DNA of 64,000 nucleotides from an uncultured Nitrospiraceae bacterium (lineage in GTDB: Bacteria > Nitrospirota > Nitrospiria > Nitrospirales > Nitrospiraceae). This document shows, one piece after another, positions 19,745 to 30,055 of the stretch. The number at the start of each line of letters is the position of its first letter. The stretch's first letter is position 1. The notes below the pieces were generated by a model. The model was not told where the DNA came from and did no database searches. It saw only the letters and a list, made by a program, of their open reading frames with translations. A program made the position numbers and the translations under genes. Where the stretch lies: NCBI GenBank assembly GCA_963846575.1, contig CAWJWJ010000002.1:2464001-2528000 (forward strand), in the 5' to 3' direction.

Positions 19745-21499
19745 CTACATCTGCTCGGGAGCTGAGACGCCCAGCACGTTCAGCCCGTTTCGGACCACCT
19801 GCTGCACCGCCCCCATCAACGCCAGCCGCGCCCCCGTCAGGCCGGGCGTCACAACTTCACGCTGCCCGTTGGCGGGAGGTACGGTGTCGGTCGCAACTGT
19901 AGGGTGCGCCTCGCTCTCGGAGGCGGGAGGCAGAATGCGATGCTTATTGTAAAAGGGATGCAGCATCCCGGCCAACTCACGAAGATAATACGCCATGCGG
20001 TGCGGCTCCAGTTCGACGGCACTAGCCTGCAATACGACCGGAAAGGCCGACAGCTTTCGGATGAGCGCAAGTTCGTCAGGGTCCTGCAGCAGATCGAGAT
20101 TAGCCTGACCGGGAGTCGGACTATCGATACCTCGGGCTGCCGCCACCCGTCGGAGACTGGCAATCCGAGCATGCGCGTACTGCACGTAATAGACCGGGTT
20201 CTCTTGCGACTGCTGTTTGGCTAATTCCAAGTCGAAGTCCAAGTGCGTGCTGGAATCTCGCATGAGAAAGAAAAATTTGGCGGCATCGGCCCCGACCTCG
20301 TCCATCACTTCGCGAAGCGTAATGAACTCGCCGGCCCGCTTCGACATTTCAACTTTCTGGCCACCACGCAAGAGGTTGACCATTTGCACCAGCACGACCC
20401 TTAGCCGTGCCTTTGGATACCCGTAGGCCTGAACGACCGCCTGCATCCTCGGAATATATCCATGATGATCAGCACCCCATACGTCTACCAATAGGTCGAA
20501 CCCGCGCCGGAGCTTGTCTCGGTGATAGGCGATGTCCGAGGCCAGATAGGTATAGTCGCCCTCCTGCTTGCGAACCACCCGATCCTTTTCATCTCCAAAC
20601 GCTGATGAGCGAAACCATAATGCGCCATCTTGTGTGAACAAAAGGTCCCGCGACTCTAACTCATTTAGGACCTGTTCCACGGTGCCGGAGACCAGAAGCG
20701 AGGCTTCACTGAACCAGGACTCGAAGCCAATCCCGAAAGTTTCCAGATCCTGCTGAATAACCGCCAATAACGCGCGATAGGCAAGCTCCTTACTGCGCTG
20801 CTCAGCCTCACCGGTCGGCAGCGAGAGCAGAGCCTCCCCCAGGTCCGCCTTGATCTGCGCGGCGACCGAGCGGATATAGTCGCCCTGATACCCATCTTCC
20901 GGAAAAAAACCAGGCTTTCCGCAAGACTCAAGATACCGCGCCAGAACAGACATTCCCAGCAGCTTCATCTGTCGCCCGGCATCATTGATATAGTATTCGC
21001 TGACTACCTCATGCCCGGTGGTCTTGAGGAGACGAACCAGTGCCTGGCCTAAAGCGGCTCCACGTCCATGTCCGACATGCAGAGGGCCGGTCGGATTCGC
21101 ACTGACATATTCCACCAGCACTCGACGCCCTCGCCCAACCTGGCTGTGGCCATACGCAGCACCCTGGGTCTCAATTTCATGGAGGACTTCCATCCATACA
21201 TGTTGTTTAACCGTGAGATTGAGAAATCCAGGTCGCGCGATTTCGACACGATTAAAGAGAGCGTCTCGGTGTTCAAGATGATCAATGATGATCTGAGCGA
21301 TTTCGAACGGTGGTCGTCCTTCAGATGCCGATAACGACATGGCCAAGGTGGAAGACACATCCCCCCACTCGGGGCGTTTCGGAGATTCGAGACTCACGAC
21401 CGGCATCTGTTCTACCCGAAGGAGTCCCCGTTGTTTCGCCAGTCGGAGCGCCCCGACAAGCGCCGCGCTGACTTTATCCTGCACTAAGCCCTGAGTCAC
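19745..21499 (-). CDS. argS: Arginine--tRNA ligase
   Basis: VEYVSANPTGPLHVGHGR (HIGH), WGADHHGY, MSKRAG and YYVQYAHAR. Confidence 0.97.
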   Translation of the reverse strand: MTQGLVQDKVSAALVGALRLAKQRGLLRVEQMPVVSLESPKRPEWGDVSSTLAMSLSASEGRPPFEIAQIIIDHLEHRDALFNRVEIARPGFLNLTVKQHVWMEVLHEIETQGAAYGHSQVGRGRRVLVEYVSANPTGPLHVGHGRGAALGQALVRLLKTTGHEVVSEYYINDAGRQMKLLGMSVLARYLESCGKPGFFPEDGYQGDYIRSVAAQIKADLGEALLSLPTGEAEQRSKELAYRALLAVIQQDLETFGIGFESWFSEASLLVSGTVEQVLNELESRDLLFTQDGALWFRSSAFGDEKDRVVRKQEGDYTYLASDIAYHRDKLRRGFDLLVDVWGADHHGYIPRMQAVVQAYGYPKARLRVVLVQMVNLLRGGQKVEMSKRAGEFITLREVMDEVGADAAKFFFLMRDSSTHLDFDLELAKQQSQENPVYYVQYAHARIASLRRVAAARGIDSPTPGQANLDLLQDPDELALIRKLSAFPVVLQASAVELEPHRMAYYLRELAGMLHPFYNKHRILPPASESEAHPTVATDTVPPANGQREVVTPGLTGARLALMGAVQQVVRNGLNVLGVSAPEQM

Positions 21500-21603
21500 A
21501 AAAACCTCTCTAAGTATGCGTGGAAACAGCGAAAATCAAACCCGCAATGTAACACACCATGACCGGAGAGACAACATCGCGATTAGGCAATGGAAACCAA
21601 TGA

Positions 21604-22619
21604 TCACCTTTTCAGGAAGTCCCTACAGACCTCGATGATGCGCTCAGAGGAAATACTGAGACACACCTTCTCGCCGCAACGCTCCACGCTGTTCCAATCT
21701 GGGCAGCTGCATGGCGGGCCGGATAGAATCGCGACGCTCGGTCCGAGCGGAGCCCAGCGTCGAGGATTGGTGGGACCAAAACAGGCGATGGTGGGGATCG
21801 ATAGTGCTGCGGCAAGGATGCGTCACGCCGGAATCGTGTCCGAGATAGCAATCCGCATGGGATAGGACTCCAGCTACCGCAGAGAGCGTACAGTCACGTA
21901 TGACGGGCACGTACCTGCCGAGTGTCGCTTGAACCCTGGCGACTGGCTCACCATCCGAGGGCCCTTCAAGCATAAGCGGGAATGTTCCCTCGCGATGTAA
22001 CCATGCGAGTATAGCTGCCCATTGTGATGGCCCTAAACATTTATGCATGCTCCCACTACCGACGTGGAGCACGACAAGGCGCTGCCGCTGGCTCCATTTC
22101 AGCGTTTCAAGTAACTCCCGTCCCTTCTCACGAGTAGAGGATGACAGGACTAGTGCATTGCCCTCTACCAGGTTGCCAGATTCTCTCTCCAGCGTTTCAA
22201 GATACCGAGCCGCCTGATGTTCGGACAGCAGAGCAGGAGAAGAGGGTGATTGTATTCTCACGCGCTGAACGCCTAGGGCCTGGAGGGAATCTGCGATCGT
22301 TGCCTCCACATCCTGTAGCCAACCGACGGCTAGATCACAGGTCTGCAACCATTTTTTGAATGCCGCGTTAACACAACCACTCCCGGCGAATAGTTCAGCC
22401 AAATGCGTCGACTCAACGGGAAAGACACGATCTGATCTCCCCTGCATCGTGTAATACTGACGCCACCGCTGTGGTGGCCAGAAGTGCTAGCTCATGTTCG
22501 GGAAATCGACGACGAAGTCGATTCAACGAAGGACGCGACAGGAGCACATCGCCAACCGCGCCGGGATGGATCGTGAGAACGCTTCGCGCGTTGCCATGCT
22601 TTGTATGGTGATTCCTCAA
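21604..22619 (-). pseudogene. Glycosyltransferase family 9 (heptosyltransferase-like), interrupted by two +1 frameshifts (pseudogene or sequencing error)
   Basis: IHPGAVGDVLL, GHDSGVTH and LAAALSIPTIACFGPT occur in three different frames. Removing one base at about 22433 and one at about 21816 gives a 337 aa ORF ending at the TGA at 21604. Confidence 0.8.
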
Positions 22620-22621
22620 GG

Positions 22622-23236
22622 CTACTCTGAGGGGGAGGCCTCGGCACGTACAAGATCGTCCGGCGTATTGATATTCTCGAAAGAACGCAATCCCGACTCG
22701 AGAATGCCAAGGTGACGTGTATCCACGACGGTAATACGCAGTTCGCCCTGCCGAAACAGTTTCTGAATCTTGAGATCCCGCTGCTCAGCCATCGTCTTAA
22801 GAAATGGTCTGCAGCGCTGAGAATAGACCGCGTGCATGGGTTGAAACCTGCCGGACAGTTCAGCCACGACTACATCAGCAGATTCGTCGCACGAAATCAT
22901 AGAACGAATGACCTTAGACTCCAGGAAGGGCATATCACAAGCAACAGCAAATACCCGCGGCTTGGTGGCAGCCACCAGCCCCGTATAGAGTCCACCCAGA
23001 CTTCCAGCGTTTGGAATCTGGTCGTAAACAACTCGACACCCTTGCACGTCCAGTGCGGCAACGGGTTCTGCAAGCACTACAATTGTCTCAGTAAACGTAG
23101 CCGTCAGCACTTCGAGCGTGCGGCGAAACAGACTCTTCTGACCTACTCTCAGAAAGCGTTTGTCCTGCCCCATGCGCCGACTCTTCCCGCCGGCAATCAG
23201 AATACCTGAAACGTTCTGAATCCTGGGCTGGTTCAT
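22622..23236 (-). CDS. mobA: Molybdenum cofactor guanylyltransferase
   Basis: ILIAGGKSRRMGQDK, GSLGGL, ACDMPF and FENINTPDD. Confidence 0.93.
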   Translation of the reverse strand: MNQPRIQNVSGILIAGGKSRRMGQDKRFLRVGQKSLFRRTLEVLTATFTETIVVLAEPVAALDVQGCRVVYDQIPNAGSLGGLYTGLVAATKPRVFAVACDMPFLESKVIRSMISCDESADVVVAELSGRFQPMHAVYSQRCRPFLKTMAEQRDLKIQKLFRQGELRITVVDTRHLGILESGLRSFENINTPDDLVRAEASPSE

Positions 23237-23265
23237 CCCACATTAATCCTTGGTAACTCGAGACC

Positions 23266-23302
23266 AAAAAACAGCGAGGGGGTGAGTTTCCCCACCCCCT
23301 CG
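23266..23302 (-). terminator. Rho-independent terminator ending the bd-like/cytochrome c operon
   Basis: Minus strand reads cgagggggtg-gggaaact-caccccctcg followed by ctgtttttt. Confidence 0.8.
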
Positions 23303-23332
23303 TCATTACCGACCACGTAGATCAGGTATCGC

Positions 23333-25117
23333 CTACATCACCTTCCCCTTTTTCTTGTTGGCTCGACGTGTCAACATCCAACCTTCCAGAAGTACAACAC
23401 CAACCGCGATAACGGCCGGATAAATGTAGACTTCCTGAGGTATCGGGGGTTGCAAGATGGTGTAATAAAAGGCAGAGACGGCCATTTTCCGTCCGGCATC
23501 GCCGTTATGCCCATCCCAGGCAAAGAAAACCATCGGGATGTACTTGCCAACGTCAAACCGGGTGTATTCGTCATAGTCGTCCTTATCACCCTTAAGTGGG
23601 CGGGAGATCATGACGGTCCACTGACCATTCTTCCACTCAGCCTTCAGTACCTTCACTTTTTCTTCAAAATCATCGCGCTCTTCAAAATCCTGATCCCACC
23701 CGGTCCCTAAGAAGGAACGCAGCGAACCATCCGCTTCCCACTTAAGAATGTCCGCATGAAACTTGGCGTCACCCCACAAATATCTGGGCTTAAAGGGTGC
23801 AGGGATCTCCTGCCATTTAATCGGGAATTGGAAGGCAATTCCGTCGTTATACACCGAATAGTTATTCTGGTGCGCAGCAATAGAACCTTCTTCACCCGTT
23901 TTCGGAGCCTGCTCCTTAACGCCGAAGTTCTCAACGTTGACCTGCGTCGGTGCCCAAGGCAACTTGCCCTCCGCAACACTCTTCGTCCGGTCGTCCCACT
24001 GGATGAGATAGACAACGTTCTTTTCGTTGTAGAGTGATTTGACCCAGATATCATCAATACGATTCACGAAATTCCGTGGCTTATGTGTGATCTGTCCGCC
24101 CATAGCTACGTAGCGACGACCCTGTTTTTTCCACATTTCATTCTCAGGGTCATCTGAGATCTCCCCTTCAACAGGCGCCGAAGGGATAACGAAATTGATC
24201 TTGGGTTTATCCGTCAGCGGGTCGATGCCAAGAGGTTTCCCTTCCACATCCCGCTCACACAACGAATTGACGAAGTTGGCAATATCCCATCGCTCTTCAA
24301 CAGTCGTGTTATCCGCGAATGACGGCATTGGGGTACCGTTCACACCGGTCGAAAATGTCCGGAAAATGTTACGCACGTTGTAAGGATCTTGCCGACTGCC
24401 ACGGAAATTCCAGCACTTGTGCCAATTTGCCGGCTGGATGGAAAATCCCCAGTCGTCTTTTAAATTGAAGGCATTGCCGTCTCCGCGCCCCTCGACGCCA
24501 TGACACTCGATACATTTCCTATCAACAATCAGTGCGGCGCCTCGCTTGAGACTTTCTTCATTTGCTTCAACAGGTTTGATAGTTCCAAGTTGAAGAATAG
24601 TTTGCGACTCAGATTCCTTGTCGGTAAACTTCCGATCTTTGACCAACTGGGTGGTCACGAATGACAAGACCTGGATCCGTTGCTCCTCGGATAAAATGCC
24701 TTCCCATGGAGGCATGGCAGACCCAGGAAGTCCGTGCGTAACTGTGTCAAAAAGGTCATTCTTTCCGGAATCGGCATTCATTTCGTTATAGTTAAACAAT
24801 GGCAATTCGCCACTTGCCGTGTGGCGAATTTTGAATGTCCCCTGGTTGAAGTTTCTGGGACGAGGCCACAGCCGATCAGCACCAGGACCATCCCCGGCGC
24901 CATCGACCCCGTGACACCAGACACACTTAGTAAAGTAGACCCGCTTACCAGCCTCGATCATTTCGGCTGGCGGAGGGGGAGCCAATTCACCAGCCTTGAA
25001 CCCCGCTGGCAAATCTGAGGCACTCACCATACCCGTCATACTAGTCGAGTACAACAGTGCACCTAGTGCCGCTCCGATCACCAGAGACGGCTTTCCGATC
25101 GTACGAAGTTTACTCAT
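23333..25117 (-). CDS. Di-heme cytochrome c fused to an EbdC-like domain with C-terminal TM anchor (alternative NxrC candidate)
   Basis: Signal peptide, CVWCH and CIECH, EbdC-like WKNGQWTVMISRPL and FFAWDG, and a C-terminal TM. Start MSKL at 25117 after GAGG. Confidence 0.85.
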   Translation of the reverse strand: MSKLRTIGKPSLVIGAALGALLYSTSMTGMVSASDLPAGFKAGELAPPPPAEMIEAGKRVYFTKCVWCHGVDGAGDGPGADRLWPRPRNFNQGTFKIRHTASGELPLFNYNEMNADSGKNDLFDTVTHGLPGSAMPPWEGILSEEQRIQVLSFVTTQLVKDRKFTDKESESQTILQLGTIKPVEANEESLKRGAALIVDRKCIECHGVEGRGDGNAFNLKDDWGFSIQPANWHKCWNFRGSRQDPYNVRNIFRTFSTGVNGTPMPSFADNTTVEERWDIANFVNSLCERDVEGKPLGIDPLTDKPKINFVIPSAPVEGEISDDPENEMWKKQGRRYVAMGGQITHKPRNFVNRIDDIWVKSLYNEKNVVYLIQWDDRTKSVAEGKLPWAPTQVNVENFGVKEQAPKTGEEGSIAAHQNNYSVYNDGIAFQFPIKWQEIPAPFKPRYLWGDAKFHADILKWEADGSLRSFLGTGWDQDFEERDDFEEKVKVLKAEWKNGQWTVMISRPLKGDKDDYDEYTRFDVGKYIPMVFFAWDGHNGDAGRKMAVSAFYYTILQPPIPQEVYIYPAVIAVGVVLLEGWMLTRRANKKKGKVM

Positions 25118-25164
25118 TGTTAACCTCACCACCTGTTCTCCCAGGTTGTTTTTAAAAATCCCGA

Positions 25165-26202
25165 TTAATCCCATGTCCGAGGATAGTATCCTGTGTGCCA
25201 GTATTCGAACAGGATGACTTTCCAGATTTCATCAGTTGTCAGATGCTGTTCCCATGGCGGCATGACAGAGGCCCAAGGAAAGCCTTCGTTCGGCAACCCA
25301 ATGCCCCCCTTAGCCACCCGCCAAAAAATGAATGTTTCCTGCAGCTGTGCAATGGTGCCTGGGTCGGTAAAGTTGGCAGGAATTGGGTTGAAAGCGAAAG
25401 CATGCAACCCTCGGCCGTTTAGATTGTCACCGTGGCAGAAATGACAATTCTGGAAAAATATCTCTCCGCCCTCTCGGACGTACTTGAGGTAACCCTCAGC
25501 CTTATCATCCCACGGATTGGCATTAGGAGCCATCAACCGCCCCATGGACTGCTCAACGATTAACTTATTGCTATACTCCTGATCGTATTTCCCCTCAGGA
25601 TTCACACGGTATGGATTCTGGGATGTTTGCAAGGTGTAGGTCTTGCCGTGAACCTTGGTGCTGGCGGGCGGTGCAGGATGCACTGTACGAAGCTCGATCG
25701 GTTCATCAATGCTCGGCTTCATCGTCAAGAACGAGAACCCTCCGATAAGCAAAGGCAAGAGGATCAAATACATCGTACGAAGTGCCTTATGGAACCCGGT
25801 GTTGGCATCCAAGACGTTGAGTATTGGTTGGCGAAACTTTTTCCAATCTTCCTCGTTGGCAGATACCCACATAAAGACCGCCACAAACGACACCGTTCCG
25901 TACATCGCCCGCACGCTGAAGGGAATTGGCGGATAGATGCGGAACTTAAGGTACGTTTGTATAAATACCCAGAATAAAATTCCCTGCCAAAAACGAGGGA
26001 ATGCAATCCCCATCGAATTCAGCAGGTAACTGAGACCTGCAAAGCCAGCCACGAACATGGCCAACTCACTTAATACCTGCATGGGCATGTAGCCCTCAAC
26101 GAGCCTGACGGTATTCGATGGGACGACTCCGAAGATCATTCCGATCAACACGAGTAGTCCCGCGACACCAATCAGCGCCCCGACTGACATTAAAGCTTTC
26201 AT
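25165..26202 (-). CDS. Membrane-bound mono-heme cytochrome c
   Basis: About 5 N-terminal TM helices, CHFCH, and a distal SVMPPW. Confidence 0.88.
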   Translation of the reverse strand: MKALMSVGALIGVAGLLVLIGMIFGVVPSNTVRLVEGYMPMQVLSELAMFVAGFAGLSYLLNSMGIAFPRFWQGILFWVFIQTYLKFRIYPPIPFSVRAMYGTVSFVAVFMWVSANEEDWKKFRQPILNVLDANTGFHKALRTMYLILLPLLIGGFSFLTMKPSIDEPIELRTVHPAPPASTKVHGKTYTLQTSQNPYRVNPEGKYDQEYSNKLIVEQSMGRLMAPNANPWDDKAEGYLKYVREGGEIFFQNCHFCHGDNLNGRGLHAFAFNPIPANFTDPGTIAQLQETFIFWRVAKGGIGLPNEGFPWASVMPPWEQHLTTDEIWKVILFEYWHTGYYPRTWD

Positions 26203-26253
26203 TTCGTCATCTCCCTTTGTTCCGCAGCAGCAAGGAACACCCCAGCTTTTGAG

Positions 26254-27567
26254 TTAAGATGCCTTGGGCGGCTCTTTCCCTTCCTGCACCTGCGAGAGGT
26301 AATCTACAATTTTCTTCAATGCACCCGCGCTGAGCTTCTGGCCGAACACCTTGGGCATGGTGTTGTCCGGGAAGCCCTTTACAACATACGCGCTAGGCTC
26401 AATGATGGATTCCATGATGTAGTCAGGTACGCTTTTGGCCTTACCTTTGTATTCCTTATCCTTGATCCGAAGTGGCGCATTGGTTCCTTCAACCAGCTTC
26501 GGCCCGATCGTTCCAACCGCGCCTGCAATACCGGGTATGGTATGGCAAGCTACGCATTGACCTTTGGCAAAAATCTGGTCCACGGGTTCAGTTCCGTCTG
26601 CCATCAACGCGCTGGCGCCTGGCTTGGCATCACCCTCTGTTGGTGGCTTCGGGCGATCGGATTCTGGGATGAACTTCTCATACGACTTCACGATCTCATC
26701 GAAACTTGGCGCGTCACGTCCCTCACGGACATAAAGCCACGTGTCTACAGCCGCCAGTTCAGGTAAAGACAATGAAATTGGTGGCTTATGGATTGCCGGC
26801 ATCGGGCTTTCCTTATCGTTGGTGCCTTTGACTCCGTAACCAGCAACCACGAAACAGCTTGGACAGGCGTGTGACTCCGCAATATATTCCTGCGCATTTT
26901 CGGCGGTACCGGACCCAGGAAATGCCTCTTTTTGGTTCGAGTCACGAGCGGCAGGGTTTCCCTTGTGGTATCGGGGATCTTCAAGCTGTGTGGTAGCGCG
27001 CTCCGGAAGTCCATCTAAGTTTGGAGCTCGCTCACCCAACATACCTTTGTGAAACGCATGGCAAAGCGGACACTGTCCCTTACCGATCGCGCCCTGAACT
27101 TTATTCTGCCCAACGCCACCGAAGATGATTTTCTCGCCCTCATCCGCGAGTTCGGTCTGAGGCATATTGCTGAAATCTTTTTTCTCTTCAACGGGTGGGA
27201 ATCCACCTTCCACCTGAGGCAGCCAGTTACCATAGCCTGAGAGCGCTGCTGCGATGAAGAACATGAATCCACCGATTTTCAGGAGAGCGCTGATATTCGT
27301 AAAATAAAGCGCCATCATGAATGCCATTGAGGTGATCAAGACGAGAGAAACAGGCAACAGTCTTGATTCCGCGAAGAAGTTCATTTTGTAATTGGCAATG
27401 GCCATGAAGAGGAGCATAGCCCCAAGTATGCCGATAAATGTCTTGAAGACCGCGCGCTTATTGGCGACGGGGTCAGAAATCGAGGCTTTGAAGTAAAACA
27501 TTAGGGCAACGAGGATGCCCAGTGCAGGCCATCCCATTGCCAAGCCCGCTTGTATGAGTTCAATCAC
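26254..27567 (-). CDS. Membrane-bound di-heme cytochrome c
   Basis: About 4 TM helices, GQCPLCH and GQCVACH with distal SPMP and NTMP, and a GTG start after GGAGG. Confidence 0.88.
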   Translation of the reverse strand: MIELIQAGLAMGWPALGILVALMFYFKASISDPVANKRAVFKTFIGILGAMLLFMAIANYKMNFFAESRLLPVSLVLITSMAFMMALYFTNISALLKIGGFMFFIAAALSGYGNWLPQVEGGFPPVEEKKDFSNMPQTELADEGEKIIFGGVGQNKVQGAIGKGQCPLCHAFHKGMLGERAPNLDGLPERATTQLEDPRYHKGNPAARDSNQKEAFPGSGTAENAQEYIAESHACPSCFVVAGYGVKGTNDKESPMPAIHKPPISLSLPELAAVDTWLYVREGRDAPSFDEIVKSYEKFIPESDRPKPPTEGDAKPGASALMADGTEPVDQIFAKGQCVACHTIPGIAGAVGTIGPKLVEGTNAPLRIKDKEYKGKAKSVPDYIMESIIEPSAYVVKGFPDNTMPKVFGQKLSAGALKKIVDYLSQVQEGKEPPKAS

Positions 27568-27588
27568 AGCTCAAACCTCCTGCAGGAG

Positions 27589-27627
27589 GGGAAGTGCCGG
27601 GCTGCTTCAACAGCCCGGCTCCTTCCC
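27589..27627 (-). other. Intra-operon stem-loop between the bd-like subunit and the cytochrome c gene
   Basis: gggaag-t-gccgggctg-cttcaa-cagcccggc-tc-cttccc, with no U-tract, immediately 5' of the next RBS. Confidence 0.55.
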
Positions 27628-27652
27628 ACATTGTTCGTTTGATGCGTTCTGC

Positions 27653-29573
27653 TTAGTGACCAACCGCCGGAGCTGCTGCCCTTCCTGGCACAGCGGCTTT
27701 TGCATCGACGGGTGCCTTCTTGGCGGCAAGGGCACCTAACCAGAACACAAACATAATAGTCGTCCAAAAGAACAACACATTAAATGAAATCATGTTGGCA
27801 GCGAAACCCACCGTATGCGTGTACGCCCACGGGAGAATTGTCCCGCATGATTTCATTGACATGCCAGAATAAGCGAACCGATGACCGAATGTATCCCATC
27901 AGTCCCATCATCCAGGTAAAGGCCGTTGCCAACATAATGAGGGCATACTGAGACCGGGCGGATATTTTACCCCATTCAATCGGCCCCATCTGCTTCGCCC
28001 CTTTCATCATGACGCTGTTGAGCGCGAACATGAAGAACAGGCATGACAATGTAGTGGCCACCTGCGGCACGGACAATCCAACTCGGACGTTGGCTGGAAT
28101 GTAATAGCCGTAAATGGCGAGCAGGATGATGTTGAGATATGCGAAGAAGAAGAAACAGCCCATAAAGATGTTACCGAACTTGGACCACGACACCGTTGAA
28201 ACCTTGTTTCCTCGCATATACCACACGAAGCTTAAGACGGTGGTAGTAATAATCACGTTGATTCCACCGTTCTTGGCGGACATAACACCGTAGTTCCCTA
28301 AGACTGGATGTTGCTGCCCTCCCATCGCCTTCAACTCAGCTGGCGTCATAACGATCGTGTGCGGGGTGATAAAGACCAGGAATCCGCACGTAAGCAAGAA
28401 CACCAGATACTTAATGTAACGTTGATACTTCTCAGCCCCGCGCATTCGACCAAGCGCCTGCCAAAGGTAATAATTGGTGCTAAGAAAAAGGATGCCGATC
28501 ATGGTTGCCTGAATAATAAACAACCAGGCCAACAATCCTCCCATCAAGGTAATTCCCATTTGCTGCCGATAGGCATACACCTCGCGCATCAACCAGTACC
28601 CTGCGAAGGGAAGCGGTATTAGGAACGAAACCCCGAGGGCCATGGCGATATAGCCCATCCAGTCGTAATGAGCACGCTCCTCATCGGTCTTGGCTGACAG
28701 GAACCGGTATGCCGCATAAGCTGCGACGACACCGCCACCAAACGCCATGTTGCCGAGAATACGGTGCAGATTCAGCGGATTCCACAAGGCAGTATGGATG
28801 ACGTGCCAGATGTTACCGAGATAACGACCCTGCTCATCGACTCCCGCGGGTGACATCATGAAACCGATCCACGAGTTGGCGAGGAACATCAAGATCGTAC
28901 CAATGACATTCAAGACAACGGACATACTGAGGTGAATCCATTTCAGGAATCCCTCCTTCATCTTGTCCCAGCCATAATAATAAATGTAGAGCGTCCCACT
29001 CTCCGCCACGAACATCAAAGCATAGATGTGCATGACTGGCCTAAAGATGCTCGACAGATACTGGAAGAAGGCCGGATAGAGCGTCAGGAAGGTGAAGATC
29101 AGGATCCCCCCCAGAATGGCCGTCAAGGAGTACGCAGTCAAACTGATCTTGACGAAATCATACGCCAGCTGATCGTAACGCTTCGCCAAGGCCTTATCCT
29201 TACTCACGACCCCCATGAACTCGATGATCATACAGAAGATCGGCACGGCTAAAACGAAACTGCCGTAATAGAGATGCTGCTGGTTCGCGAACCACAGCAA
29301 AACCCGACTCTCGAAGTTATAGCGGGGGTAGTCCTTGTCACTATCGGTAGTCTTTGGAGCCGGAGGGCCCGAGACAATCCCTTCCGTCTTGTAATAAACA
29401 TCCTTGCCCTTTTCCACCTTTGCATCACCGCCCTCTTTTTTCACTTCAGCAGCCGGCGCGCCACCGTCGCCGGCAAGGGCAGGGATCGCAACCAGAATAG
29501 GCAGGAGGAGGAGGCCGATCATCGCGCCCAGCGCCATGATCGACATCAACTTCGTGCGGGTTACAGAGCCCAT
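27653..29573 (-). CDS. Cytochrome bd-like oxidase subunit I (CydA-fold, Nitrospira type), paralog A, with one +1 frameshift near 27831
   Basis: CydA-like QQHLYYG (His), FVAES, ANSWIGFMMSPAG and LHRILG. The C-terminus WAYTHTVGFAANM.. continues in the next frame and matches paralog B (SPWAFTPSLGFAAKM). Repaired length is 639 aa. Confidence 0.88.
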
Positions 29574-29638
29574 GGGTTACCTCCTTGATACATCGCGTAT
29601 GTGAGCAACAACTTCAAAGCCTTGCCTCTCCCTAATGC

Positions 29639-29761
29639 CTACTTCCGCAGCAGATACCAAAAATCTAGCCCCTGCGCGTCCATCAGAAAGTGATCAACGG
29701 CTGCGAAAAATGAAACGCAGATCAACACTGAGACGACGAAATACACAATTGTTTGGCCCAT
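29639..29761 (-). CDS. Small single-TM protein (40 aa)
   Basis: Hand translation gives MGQTIVYFVVSVLICVSFFAAVDHFLMDAQGLDFWYLLRK*, with a GAGGGGGG RBS. It lies between the promoter and the bd-like gene. Confidence 0.75.
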   Translation of the reverse strand: MGQTIVYFVVSVLICVSFFAAVDHFLMDAQGLDFWYLLRK

Positions 29762-29810
29762 CTCAAACCCCCCTCAACATGATAAACAATCAACCTGCCG
29801 GGATACGGGC

Positions 29811-29927
29811 TCAGCATGGGCACTGAACCCCACCGAACCAATAGAAAAACCAAATACTGACTGCACAGGTGATGTAGAAAATCATTTTCCCTATTTTAAT
29901 TTTGACGTCATCCTGAGCAGCTTCCAT
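29811..29927 (-). CDS. Small single-TM protein (38 aa) ending in Cys-Pro-Cys
   Basis: Hand translation gives MEAAQDDVKIKIGKMIFYITCAVSIWFFYWFGGVQCPC*, with a GGGAGA RBS. Confidence 0.75.
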   Translation of the reverse strand: MEAAQDDVKIKIGKMIFYITCAVSIWFFYWFGGVQCPC

Positions 29928-30055
29928 CGTGATTCTCCCAACGGTTTAAGTACGTATTTTAAATTGACACACCAACTACGCTGTGTTAATCAAAATCCCT
30001 CATTCACATGTTTTTAAACAGGAATTTTATGGCTAAAAACTCAAAAGTGTTCGAC

